IMG/VR virus record: IMGVR_UViG_3300006115_000064
Coordinates: 1-25,729 of that record
Strand: one strand, 5' to 3'
Origin: a virus
Lineage: Duplodnaviria > Caudoviricetes
Length of the DNA: 25,729 bases
Below are positions 16,045 through 24,770 of this stretch, piece after piece. Under the pieces are notes generated by a model. The model saw only the letters and a list, made by a program, of their open reading frames with translations. It was not told the DNA's origin and did not search any database. The position numbers were made by a program, and so were the translations under genes. Positions within the stretch are counted from its first letter, which is position 1; each line of letters begins with the position of its first letter.

Positions 16045-17067
16045 CTACAGCGCCACAAACGGTTGTTCCCGTTGCCGTAAATGTCCAAAGTGTTCGGGAG
16101 TCGTGTCATGCCAAGCGACATGGTGGACGATCTCGTTTTTCCCATTGTGTTCGCGCCGCTTGATATGGTCGCAGGCGACATGGGGAACAGAGGCAATGCG
16201 CAGTCCGGCCGGATGGAAGCGGAACCAGCAAAGAAACAGATCCTGAGTGCCCTTGCCGACGTAGCCGTTGAAATCTGCCAGCGCCAAAGCTTTCTTGGAC
16301 AATAAAGTGCATCCTAATCCGCACCAATCAGAAGGAACCACCGCGCCCAAGCCAATGCCAGGGTAAGCAAAATCCATCCACCCCCTGCGCCTCCACCCAT
16401 GTTTTGCGGTCACTTCCCAAATCGTGCCATCCGGCGGTGATTTCTTGACCCATTCCCGCAGTCTCCCCATCCGCTTCATTTCCTTTTCCGCAACATTGCG
16501 GTCTTTGGTTTCCTTGAGCCGAGACTCACACGCCTCGAGGAGGATCGTCAGCCGGGGCTTGAGCTTGCGTTCTTTGGGCAAGAAATCTTCATTGATTTGG
16601 GATTGATACGATCCGAATCCTCCAAGGAAAAGTCCATTGGGATAGGTGGCCGCCGCAATGTGGTAGTAGGGATCACCCAAGGCGTCGGGCATTTGGAGTG
16701 TCCATTCCAGCACCCGAAGCGCATCGGCTGGGGGGATCGTGTCGCTTTCGACCGACCAGCAGAGATCGCTCTTGATCCGACGGGCAAACTCAAATGCCGC
16801 CCCCTGAAGCTGGGCGATCCGAATCTGAGCCGCTTCCTTGTAGCTTTTCTCATCCTCGGAGATTGGAAGGTTGAGCGTGGTGATTTTCCACCCCTCGGGC
16901 AACCTGCCCTTGGCGTATTCCGCCGCCTTCTTGGCTTCCTCGCTCTTGTCGGTGGCAAAAATGAAGTGGGCTTCCTCGTGGTGAGCCGCCGATGTGGCGA
17001 TGGCCCTGATCAGTTGAGGCCAGACATGGAGATAAGAGCGGGTTGCCGCAATAACTATCGAAATCAT
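16045..17067 (-). CDS. GT-A fold (family 2-like) glycosyltransferase; alternative start 17082
   Basis: ISIVIA N-terminal strand, VESDT (DxD-like), GLGCTLLS, TQDLFLC and CDH. Confidence 0.7.
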   Translation of the reverse strand: MISIVIAATRSYLHVWPQLIRAIATSAAHHEEAHFIFATDKSEEAKKAAEYAKGRLPEGWKITTLNLPISEDEKSYKEAAQIRIAQLQGAAFEFARRIKSDLCWSVESDTIPPADALRVLEWTLQMPDALGDPYYHIAAATYPNGLFLGGFGSYQSQINEDFLPKERKLKPRLTILLEACESRLKETKDRNVAEKEMKRMGRLREWVKKSPPDGTIWEVTAKHGWRRRGWMDFAYPGIGLGAVVPSDWCGLGCTLLSKKALALADFNGYVGKGTQDLFLCWFRFHPAGLRIASVPHVACDHIKRREHNGKNEIVHHVAWHDTTPEHFGHLRQREQPFVAL

Positions 17068-17104
17068 GGGATCGTTACCCATGAATTGATGTCAATTTTT
17101 ACAT

Positions 17105-18535
17105 TTAAAAATATCCTGAATATCCATACACCTCTGCGATAAGCCCTTTGGGACTTGCCACGACATCAATTCCTGGTTCTCCTATGGTCATTGCATGGGT
17201 TGAAACTGTATAAAAAGAATTTCCATAGGTGGTGGAAAAATGCGTCGAGGCGGTTGACGTGCCGGTTGAATAGTAAGAAGTAAATCCCCACATTCCAGCC
17301 AGGGTGGCTGGAATCGTTCCATTGATGGCTATGGCAGTTGCCCAATTACTTGTGGAATAAGTTACCGCTTCTCCAGCGTATTGATTTTCAAAAGTGGTGC
17401 TGGAAACAACAGATTTTGTCGTGTCTGATCCGCTGGTCGTCGTTTGCCAATAAAGCGCCATGCTTTTTTCCAACGCATCATAACTTCCCACGTCATAACT
17501 GAACCCGCTTTGAAATCCATATTCGTAGGGAACGCCAAAATAGTTATTGGGAACGATTAACTGAAGTTGCGGGGTAACATTTGCAATTTCGACCCAGTTG
17601 TTGGTTGAATCTGAAATCCCAAAAGAAAAACCTTTGTAATTGGAACCATCCAAAACAAACCCCTGGGTAATTGTGGTGGCCGTTGTTGCAACTCCATTTT
17701 CAAAAACAAACTTTGCCATGCTATCAGGTACAAGATTTGGCGGATAAATTGGAAGAGTAACTTGATCAAATGTAAACAGTTGGTTGGCCCCTCCTGTATA
17801 TTTATAGCCCGTTGATTGGTTACCATGTCTCTTATACAATCCATAGAGTTCGGTGTAGGATGAACCAGAAGAATTTGTGGAAAATCCCGTTGTCAATGTC
17901 AACGTTTCCATTTGCGGCGCCTGAACAGGAGTCATGTGATATCGATCTTCATTCCTCCAATCACCAGTTTCAGAATAAGGATATTCGGTAAAAATATCCC
18001 CCCCAACAAATCCCCCCATCAATTCCACAGAAGATGTCAGATAAATTGTTTCAGCGGGCGGATAAACCGTGACAACAGTTGTTGAATACGAATTGGCCAA
18101 CCCCACATCCGTATCCCAAATTGTGGCCACGTCATAGCGGGTCACATAAGAATTCCAGTTAGGATCTGAATCATACGAATTGGTAAAAATTACAAATCCC
18201 TGTTCCCAGCTTGAATCGGTTGATAGCTCCAAAAGATGTCCCTGAAAATTTGCAGGGATATTTGTAAAATTACCTACATGAGTAATCGGATGCGGAGATG
18301 TCTCGGTGTCGGTTTGCGCCGTGAATGTCTCGTAAGATGTGTATGCCCATGACGTTGAGGAACTGCTATCAGATCCGATGGCTAATCCAGTTGCCGTTTG
18401 ATTGCCGCCGGTCAAATCCTGATACACATACGATCCGGCCTGAACTGTTGGGAACGTCATCGCATACGATCCCGTCACCTCATAGCTCGAGCTTGACGTT
18501 ACGTTATGTCCGTCCAGATCGTAAAAGGCCGCCAT
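17105..18535 (-). CDS. Ser/Thr/Tyr-rich putative tail tip or receptor-binding protein
   Basis: 476 aa, beta-rich and very S/T-rich, AT-richer DNA, located after tape measure and hub genes. Confidence 0.6.
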   Translation of the reverse strand: MAAFYDLDGHNVTSSSSYEVTGSYAMTFPTVQAGSYVYQDLTGGNQTATGLAIGSDSSSSTSWAYTSYETFTAQTDTETSPHPITHVGNFTNIPANFQGHLLELSTDSSWEQGFVIFTNSYDSDPNWNSYVTRYDVATIWDTDVGLANSYSTTVVTVYPPAETIYLTSSVELMGGFVGGDIFTEYPYSETGDWRNEDRYHMTPVQAPQMETLTLTTGFSTNSSGSSYTELYGLYKRHGNQSTGYKYTGGANQLFTFDQVTLPIYPPNLVPDSMAKFVFENGVATTATTITQGFVLDGSNYKGFSFGISDSTNNWVEIANVTPQLQLIVPNNYFGVPYEYGFQSGFSYDVGSYDALEKSMALYWQTTTSGSDTTKSVVSSTTFENQYAGEAVTYSTSNWATAIAINGTIPATLAGMWGFTSYYSTGTSTASTHFSTTYGNSFYTVSTHAMTIGEPGIDVVASPKGLIAEVYGYSGYF

Positions 18536-18538
18536 GGA

Positions 18539-19105
18539 TCACCAGGTCCAGATGTAATGTGGCACCGGGGTGTTGGTATCCCCTTCGTAAGTCGTGTAAG
18601 CAACCACGGGAACGGGATTGACCCAATTTTTTGCCAGCAGATTCCACGGTTTTCCATCGATAATGACTCCGGCGGGAATCTGAAATTCCCCCGACGGTTC
18701 ATAAGCAGTTGGAGTTTGTCCCGTAAATGGATCCGTTCCCGCCATGATATTGACGGATGTTACCGATCCATTGGTGGCCGTGACGTTTAAAGAGACATTC
18801 ACTTGCTGGGTCAAATCAACTGTGATCGGAGTAAAAATGTTAGACGCTAAAAAACCGGATACGGTGCCTGGCATCAACAACATCTGATCTTCACCTGCAT
18901 TATTGACCGAAAGTATGATATCAAACGGAAGGGTTTTTTTCTGAAATGGGACGTTTGAAGAAACAATAAAACCGCCGGGAGTCTGCGAGACCCTTGTCCC
19001 CTCCCCCGCCATTGGCCTTAAGCTTGCCAGGGTATCCACCACTTTGTTGGCCCAGGCCGCAGTAACTTCATCACCCCGCGAAACTTTCGACGGAAGCGTG
19101 ATCAT
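18539..19105 (-). CDS. Minor tail protein
   Basis: MITLPSKVSRGDEVTAAWAN... N-terminus and tail-module position. Confidence 0.6.
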   Translation of the reverse strand: MITLPSKVSRGDEVTAAWANKVVDTLASLRPMAGEGTRVSQTPGGFIVSSNVPFQKKTLPFDIILSVNNAGEDQMLLMPGTVSGFLASNIFTPITVDLTQQVNVSLNVTATNGSVTSVNIMAGTDPFTGQTPTAYEPSGEFQIPAGVIIDGKPWNLLAKNWVNPVPVVAYTTYEGDTNTPVPHYIWTW

Positions 19106-19142
19106 GGCAAAAACTAAAAAATAAAATCTGGAATCAATCGGC

Positions 19143-19358
19143 TCACTTGAGCGCCAAAACCAATTTGCCAGCACCCGACGGGGTGATCGACAACGAGAAA
19201 AGAGTCAGATCCGAAGCCGTTTTATTTTCAGGAAACGCAATTACCGAAGCGGGGGCGTTTTGCAAAAGCTCCACAAGTCCATTGACCTGATCGGCGCTGA
19301 TGGACAATGAAACCTGGACGGGTTTGGACGGGATCGTGATCGTGATCGGTGTGGTCAT
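19143..19358 (-). CDS. Small hypothetical protein
   Basis: MTTPITITIPSKPV..., with start preceded by TTGACA-N14. Confidence 0.55.
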   Translation of the reverse strand: MTTPITITIPSKPVQVSLSISADQVNGLVELLQNAPASVIAFPENKTASDLTLFSLSITPSGAGKLVLALK

Positions 19359-19378
19359 TATAGAAGCCAAGATGTCAA

Positions 19379-20008
19379 TCAAACGTAAATTTTGCTGTTC
19401 CAACCGCCAGCTCCACTCAGCATCCAGGATTCGCTCACTTCAAACACGCCAGATCGAGACACAATCTTGGGGGTCAATTTCAACCAATTTCTCCAATCAA
19501 TCACCGGAATCGTGATCAAATCGTAGGTCGGACCCGAGATTTTGCCGATATTATCAAACAACCCATCCACAGAATCAAGGTTTCCAACGGATTGGTTTTT
19601 TCTAAAAGTCGCCGTCATCGCAAGATAACTGGTGCAACCATACAACGGATTGGGGGATCCATCCGGTTTTGTTTTGGCAAAGGAATTGGAGGCCGGATCG
19701 TATTTATACACGGCGGCGATGCCCGTATCTTTGGTCAGGAAATTGGGATGGCTCTGGATCGGTTCCTCGTGCATGGAAAAATCCAGTTCCTCGGTGATCA
19801 TCCCTTGGGCATCCGTGGATCGATATTCGCCAACCCAAAATGCACCACTCTCATCAACCGAGAAATTTGATTCTTCGTAAGCGGCGGCAAAGTTTTCCGC
19901 TTCGGTTGGCAATGCGCCATCCTGAGAGGGAAACGCATAGCGGTCGGTCTGTGTAAAAAGCCCCGTCCGATCAAGCGTAAAACTGCCACCGATGATTTCA
20001 ATACTCAT
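19379..20008 (-). CDS. Minor tail protein (distal-tail/hub-like), paralogue B
   Basis: Full-length similarity to 20016-20726, located after the tape measure gene. Confidence 0.7.
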   Translation of the reverse strand: MSIEIIGGSFTLDRTGLFTQTDRYAFPSQDGALPTEAENFAAAYEESNFSVDESGAFWVGEYRSTDAQGMITEELDFSMHEEPIQSHPNFLTKDTGIAAVYKYDPASNSFAKTKPDGSPNPLYGCTSYLAMTATFRKNQSVGNLDSVDGLFDNIGKISGPTYDLITIPVIDWRNWLKLTPKIVSRSGVFEVSESWMLSGAGGWNSKIYV

Positions 20009-20015
20009 AAATTCC

Positions 20016-20726
20016 TTAGTTGTCGGAAGTATTCAAAACGCTTAAAGCCACTTGAGAATAGATTTCGGGGATCCATCCAGTGCCAAATCCCGACAACATC
20101 CATTCCTGAGTGATTTGAAAAGCATTCCCTCGGGAGGCAATCTTGGGCGCCAAATATAGCCAGGTGCGCTCATCACCTTCCGCAGGATCGGCGATTTTTT
20201 GAAACGGCACGTTGTCGTCAATCGTGCCGATATTGTCGAAAATCGTCGAAGGTACCGATTCCAATGTTTGGATCTGACGATAGACGCATGAATAGGAAAG
20301 GAAATCGGTTGTTCCAAATACCGGGCTGTCATTTCCACCAGATATCTTTTTGGGAAACGATTGCGTTGCCTCATCCCATCCGTAAGTCGAAACAAGGTTT
20401 TGAAAATTGGGGCTTGTTTGAATGGGACTTTGAATCGAGCTGAAATCAAGCTCTTCAATCAATCCAATGTCGTTTGATGTATTTACTTCAGAAGAACCAG
20501 CAACCTTTTCGTAATTCCAGTTGCAAACCCAATTTCCGGCCTCATCCCCTTTCCCACCGCCACCCACAAAGAGCGCCCCATCATAGGTGTTGCCGACTTC
20601 TGCATACGTTCCTGTCACGGCTGATTCCTTGGATGAAAAAAAGACGTTTCGGGTAATTTTATAAAGACCCGTGCGATCAATGGATCGCTTTTCCCCCAAC
20701 AAAAATGATCCGTCAATCAGGCTCAT
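20016..20726 (-). CDS. Minor tail protein (distal-tail/hub-like), paralogue A
   Basis: Immediately downstream of the tape measure gene and paralogous to the next gene. Confidence 0.7.
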   Translation of the reverse strand: MSLIDGSFLLGEKRSIDRTGLYKITRNVFFSSKESAVTGTYAEVGNTYDGALFVGGGGKGDEAGNWVCNWNYEKVAGSSEVNTSNDIGLIEELDFSSIQSPIQTSPNFQNLVSTYGWDEATQSFPKKISGGNDSPVFGTTDFLSYSCVYRQIQTLESVPSTIFDNIGTIDDNVPFQKIADPAEGDERTWLYLAPKIASRGNAFQITQEWMLSGFGTGWIPEIYSQVALSVLNTSDN

Positions 20727-20735
20727 GGACGATCG

Positions 20736-22250
20736 TTATGCAAACCGAGCACCAAAGGGACCAGAACCGATGTCGGGATTTTTTCTTGTTGCCGCATCAG
20801 CAATCCGTTGAAGCAGTCCGGTCTGTCGCCTGTTTTCATCCAAAAGGGGGTCCCCTTGGCCACCGGCAAATCCTCCCCCGCCGATTTTCCGCAATGAGTC
20901 GGCAAAGGCATTTTTGTTTTTCCCAATGCCCTCCACCTCATCGTCACCGCTCAGGTTTTGAGCATATTTTTTGCGGTTCTTTTCCCGTGCCTCACTCAAG
21001 ACTGCGGTGCTCTTTTCCGTGGCCGTAAATGCCCCTTTGAATGCGCCAAGGCTTTGCTTGATGGAATCAACAATCAGACCCCCGCCTTCTTTCATGGTGC
21101 CGTTGGCATCCTGTGATCCCTGACGGGCAAGCTGCGTGGCTCCATTACCCTCGGCCTGAACCTGCTTGAGGTTTTCATCAAAGCTTGAGGCTTTGAATCC
21201 GGTGGTGCCGGTGAGGTTATTGAGTCCCGGGATATTTCCGACACCTTCCATCAGTTTCTCGATCGCGGTCTGGATCGCGGCCTGCAAGTAATCGAGCGGC
21301 GTATGAAACGCAAACAGGAGGGCGGCACCGAGCTTTTCGATAAGACCACCCAAGATACCGACCGCACCAACGATGAATTCAGGAATATGCCCCAAGAGAT
21401 CCCCAAGAAAATCGCCAAGCCCTTCAAAGACTTCTTCAAATTGTTTGTCGAAATCGGTGGCAAAGTTTTCCAAAAAATTCCCCATTTGCTCACCCACACC
21501 GGAAAGATCGATCTGGTCGCCAACTTCCAAAAGCGGTTCCAGGGCGGCCATGACCGGCCCCGCCAGTCCTATGAAAAGCCCTTGAAGCTTTTCACCCACA
21601 TGTTCCAACTGGTCATGCGCTTCCTTGAACAGATAAGCGTTTTCCCCAAGCTTTGCCGCTGTGGCGGAAATATCCCCTGCATTCTTGAAATCGGGGTTCA
21701 TGAAGATCTGAAGCAATTCGCTTCCCTGCTTGCCAAAGATGGCCAGTGCCGCCTTGGCGCGGTCTGAATCATTGCCAATCTGTGAAATGGCTGTCCCTAT
21801 GTCTCGGAACGCTTCATCTGGTTTTTTGTTTGCCTCTGCCTGGGCATCAATTCCCATGTTCTTGAGAACCGGGGTGCCACCCGTCGAAACGGCTTCGGAA
21901 AGATATTTCTGCATTTTCCCAATGCTGGGACCGATTTTTTCGGCCTCCACTCCACTGTCCCTGAACAGCCGCCGCATCATCATGAGCTGATCGACGGCAA
22001 TGCCCGTCCTGTTGGAAAGGTTGACCATGTCATCGCCCAATTCCACCGCTCCATGGATGCCTTCCATGATCCCGCCCAGCGTTGCCACGGAAGCCGTGGC
22101 CGCCGCAAGAGGTGCCAGAAGTTCGCCGATGCCGATCTTTTCCCCAAGCTTGGAAGCCGATTCGCTAAAATCTTTTAGCTCATGCTTGCTCTTGGCAATT
22201 TTTGAATCAAACGACCCGGTGATCAGGTCCAATGCAAATTCGACGCTCAT
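20736..22250 (-). CDS. Tail tape measure protein
   Basis: 504 aa, helical, Ala/Gly-rich. LSNRTGIAVDQL and ALAIFGKQGSELL are typical TMP segments. Confidence 0.85.
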   Translation of the reverse strand: MSVEFALDLITGSFDSKIAKSKHELKDFSESASKLGEKIGIGELLAPLAAATASVATLGGIMEGIHGAVELGDDMVNLSNRTGIAVDQLMMMRRLFRDSGVEAEKIGPSIGKMQKYLSEAVSTGGTPVLKNMGIDAQAEANKKPDEAFRDIGTAISQIGNDSDRAKAALAIFGKQGSELLQIFMNPDFKNAGDISATAAKLGENAYLFKEAHDQLEHVGEKLQGLFIGLAGPVMAALEPLLEVGDQIDLSGVGEQMGNFLENFATDFDKQFEEVFEGLGDFLGDLLGHIPEFIVGAVGILGGLIEKLGAALLFAFHTPLDYLQAAIQTAIEKLMEGVGNIPGLNNLTGTTGFKASSFDENLKQVQAEGNGATQLARQGSQDANGTMKEGGGLIVDSIKQSLGAFKGAFTATEKSTAVLSEAREKNRKKYAQNLSGDDEVEGIGKNKNAFADSLRKIGGGGFAGGQGDPLLDENRRQTGLLQRIADAATRKNPDIGSGPFGARFA

Positions 22251-22253
22251 GGC

Positions 22254-22955
22254 TTATTTCACCGGAAGTCCCGATGCTTTCATCTGTTTCTCCTCAAGGT
22301 TTTTCAAAATCTTGGTCATGTTTTTTATCTGCACATTCACGGCATAGGTGACGCGGCGTTGCATGTCTTTCATGTGACCGGCAAACTTGACCTCGTTCGA
22401 TGCTCGGAATGCGATCCCCTTTGGTCCGATGCTCAAATCACAATGACCAGGGGCGCTGTGACGGCCGATCCATGCGGGGTAACGAACTTTTCCCAATTTC
22501 TTTGCCGCCGGAATCCAACCGCTTGCCAAAAAACCGACCATTTTCTTCTTTTCCTGCTTGTAGGCACGAAGGATGGCCGTCGGTACTTTGAACCGCTGGT
22601 CTTTTTTTCCAGCTTTGTTCAATGATTTCTGGACGCGGCCGGTCGATGCCTGACGAAAGGATTTGTGAATTGAACCAGGCGAACTGGAATCGGGTTTCTT
22701 TCCGCTGTAGGCACGCATGATCTTTGCCAGATCATTCATGACGGCTTGTTCCCCACGTTTCCGAGCTTCGCCGCCGCTGGTCATTTCACCGGCTGAAGGA
22801 TCCCAACCGCTCGGAGGCGTCACGGCGATCACCGTGCGCAGAATGCCGCGTGCCTGGGTCTTCATGGCCTCCATGCGTGACCGCTTGGAATCGCGCATGT
22901 AGGTGTCGAAAGCCCGAAGGAATTTGTCGGTGTTGCGGGGTGTGATTCTTACCAT
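22254..22955 (-). CDS. Basic tail completion/neck protein (HK97 gp10-like)
   Basis: Highly basic, VIAVTPP and GFLASGW motifs, tail-module position. Confidence 0.5.
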   Translation of the reverse strand: MVRITPRNTDKFLRAFDTYMRDSKRSRMEAMKTQARGILRTVIAVTPPSGWDPSAGEMTSGGEARKRGEQAVMNDLAKIMRAYSGKKPDSSSPGSIHKSFRQASTGRVQKSLNKAGKKDQRFKVPTAILRAYKQEKKKMVGFLASGWIPAAKKLGKVRYPAWIGRHSAPGHCDLSIGPKGIAFRASNEVKFAGHMKDMQRRVTYAVNVQIKNMTKILKNLEEKQMKASGLPVK

Positions 22956-23194
22956 GGATCGTCTTCCACAGCAGGGGTGTCAAAGAATTCCAAAAGCGTC
23001 CCAAGCTCTTCCAACTGGATTTCTTTTGAAGGGCTGGCATCCACCGTCCAGATGTCGTGACTGCGGTAGCAAGCGTGCAGATACTGCAGGAGCCTGGCCA
23101 GCGGCATGCGCAAGATGTGGCGTTCCGGCCATCCCGTTTCCTTTGCGATCGTGAAGACCAGCGAGGCGGTACGGGATGGCTCCCTCAGTTTGGG
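22949..23194 (-). CDS. Tail assembly chaperone, -1 frameshift extension (gpT-like part)
   Basis: Slippery C CCA AAC at 23194-23188. The -1 frame reads KLREPSRTASLVFTIAKETGWPERHILRMPLARLLQY...EDDPW and stops at 22949. Confidence 0.75.
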   Translation of the reverse strand, partial: PKLREPSRTASLVFTIAKETGWPERHILRMPLARLLQYLHACYRSHDIWTVDASPSKEIQLEELGTLLEFFDTPAVEDDPW

Positions 23195-23604
23195 GGGGGT
23201 GTTTCCTTGGAAGACCCAATGCCCGGTTTGTCGTGAACATCAACGGTGGCCTCATGCACTCCGGCCACGATTTGTTCGACCACATCACGCAAGCCGACCA
23301 GACCGGTCATCGGGATTCTGCGGGCAAACTGACGAACCGCGCTCCGATAGCTTTCCGGCGAATCACTCTTAAACGGAACGGCATCGGGATCTGTCCCATG
23401 AATATACAGGAATTCCGTCATTTGCTGGATTTGTTCGGTCACCGAAAGTTTCACCGATGGGTCGTAAAGGAATGTCAGCTCCGCATCCATCACGATAAGT
23501 TGCGTTTCCAAAGAAAACCGATGAAAGGTCAGTCCGTTCCAAATAATCGGCGAGTCGCGGAATGCTTTGTTCAACACGGAAGGAGTTTTCTTGCTCATGA
23601 TCAA
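23185..23604 (-). CDS. Tail assembly chaperone (gpG-like)
   Basis: Ends ...KETPPPN with a slippery heptamer just before the stop, upstream of the tape measure gene. Confidence 0.75.
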   Translation of the reverse strand: MIMSKKTPSVLNKAFRDSPIIWNGLTFHRFSLETQLIVMDAELTFLYDPSVKLSVTEQIQQMTEFLYIHGTDPDAVPFKSDSPESYRSAVRQFARRIPMTGLVGLRDVVEQIVAGVHEATVDVHDKPGIGSSKETPPPN

Positions 23605-24071
23605 AAAAGTTCCAAAAGCTTGCGACCGCGCTCGGTAGGCACCAGTTTCCCATCAGGCCCGCGAGTCGTCGAGACATAAGCGCTCCGGCCGCTCTTCTGG
23701 ATGTGTAGTTGCGGTGGATTATCCCGGATGGCATCGCGCAATTTGCCGATCTTTTCCATGTAAGTGCGCAGGTAGGTGATCGGGTGATCAAGGTTGGCCG
23801 CGAGCCATGACCGGTCGTTCCACCGGCGCAACAGTTCCTGAGTGCTGATTGTCTCACCGGAAAAAGCCGAAAATTCAATTTCACGCTCTTCCGCAACCCA
23901 AACAACCGTCCTGGTCGGTTTGCCATCCTGAGTGCCGATTGCATTAAGGTATCCCCCTTCCTTGACAAGTTGCCCGCCGCAAGTAAGAAGCGCTCCGATG
24001 GCTTGGGTGTTGGGCGATTTGAGCGGATCCTCTTCGTCCCGCAGATAATGGTATGTCTGGCCTGTTTTCAT
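23601..24071 (-). CDS. Hypothetical protein in the tail operon
   Basis: 156-aa ORF, ATGA-coupled to the chaperone. Confidence 0.7.
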   Translation of the reverse strand: MKTGQTYHYLRDEEDPLKSPNTQAIGALLTCGGQLVKEGGYLNAIGTQDGKPTRTVVWVAEEREIEFSAFSGETISTQELLRRWNDRSWLAANLDHPITYLRTYMEKIGKLRDAIRDNPPQLHIQKSGRSAYVSTTRGPDGKLVPTERGRKLLELF

Positions 24072-24096
24072 TCTAAAATGTCACCGCGCTTAACGA

Positions 24097-24420
24097 TTAT
24101 GCGCCGGGAAAGATTTTGGCGGTGTATTTGAACGCACGGAAATCGTCGTTCTTTTGCGTGGTTTCCACCATATCAACGATGATCTTGCCCGAAGTAAGTC
24201 CGGTGGGACCTGTGGTTGGAGTGGCAATCGTGGCCGGATTTGTGTCGCCGTACCCTTCGCAGGACATTTCTCCGGTTGGATCAAATGTGGCAAAACCGCC
24301 AAACCCTCCCTTGTAATCCATGTAGGTTTTTGTCTCCAATTTATTGGTGACACTTACCTTGGTAAGAGCCGTGGCCGAGAGAAGGTTGATTCCGATACCA
24401 CCTGTATAAGTTGCGCTCAT
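24097..24420 (-). CDS. Small tail-tube-like protein, paralogue B
   Basis: 107 aa, Thr/Gly-rich beta protein similar to 24436-24756. Lies between the terminator and the chaperone. Confidence 0.6.
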   Translation of the reverse strand: MSATYTGGIGINLLSATALTKVSVTNKLETKTYMDYKGGFGGFATFDPTGEMSCEGYGDTNPATIATPTTGPTGLTSGKIIVDMVETTQKNDDFRAFKYTAKIFPGA

Positions 24421-24435
24421 GTAATGATAAAAAAA

Positions 24436-24756
24436 TTATGAGGCGTTTGCGCTGTAGGCGACTGCTTCGATTTTTGTTTTTGGAAAATCATCGTTGGTGT
24501 CGTCCTGAGACACGGAAATGACCGTCAGTGTTCCACTTCCTATTGAAGAATTGTGCGTCAGACCAAAGGTTGCCGTACCGACCACATCGATCGAAACCTT
24601 GTGCTCTACCATCGGTACCGGCAAAGCCGCAACCGTAACGCCAGATTCGTCGCGGTAGGTTTTGATCGTGGCGGTTGTCGTCTCCGTGAAAGACTGCACG
24701 TTGCCCGTGTAATTGGGAGTGATCGGAAGGGTTCCGACGCCAAAGGTTGCGCTCAT
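24436..24756 (-). CDS. Small tail-tube-like protein, paralogue A
   Basis: MSATFG...KTYRD...NDDF matches MSATYT...KTYMD...NDDF of the next gene. Confidence 0.6.
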   Translation of the reverse strand: MSATFGVGTLPITPNYTGNVQSFTETTTATIKTYRDESGVTVAALPVPMVEHKVSIDVVGTATFGLTHNSSIGSGTLTVISVSQDDTNDDFPKTKIEAVAYSANAS

Positions 24757-24770
24757 ATCCCTAAGTGCGG

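Noticed and set aside
14889-18535. Diversity-generating retroelement or invertible tail-fibre cassette
   Set aside because: No reverse transcriptase, TR/VR pair, invertase or flanking inverted repeats seen in the window.
22956-22983. TTGACA-N22-ATG before the gp10-like gene
   Set aside because: It lies inside the coding frameshift extension (TTT GAC ACC), so it may be coincidental.
22980-23288. ORF-track 102-aa ORF as the chaperone extension
   Set aside because: Wrong frame. The -1 frame ending at 22949 carries the gpT-like sequence.
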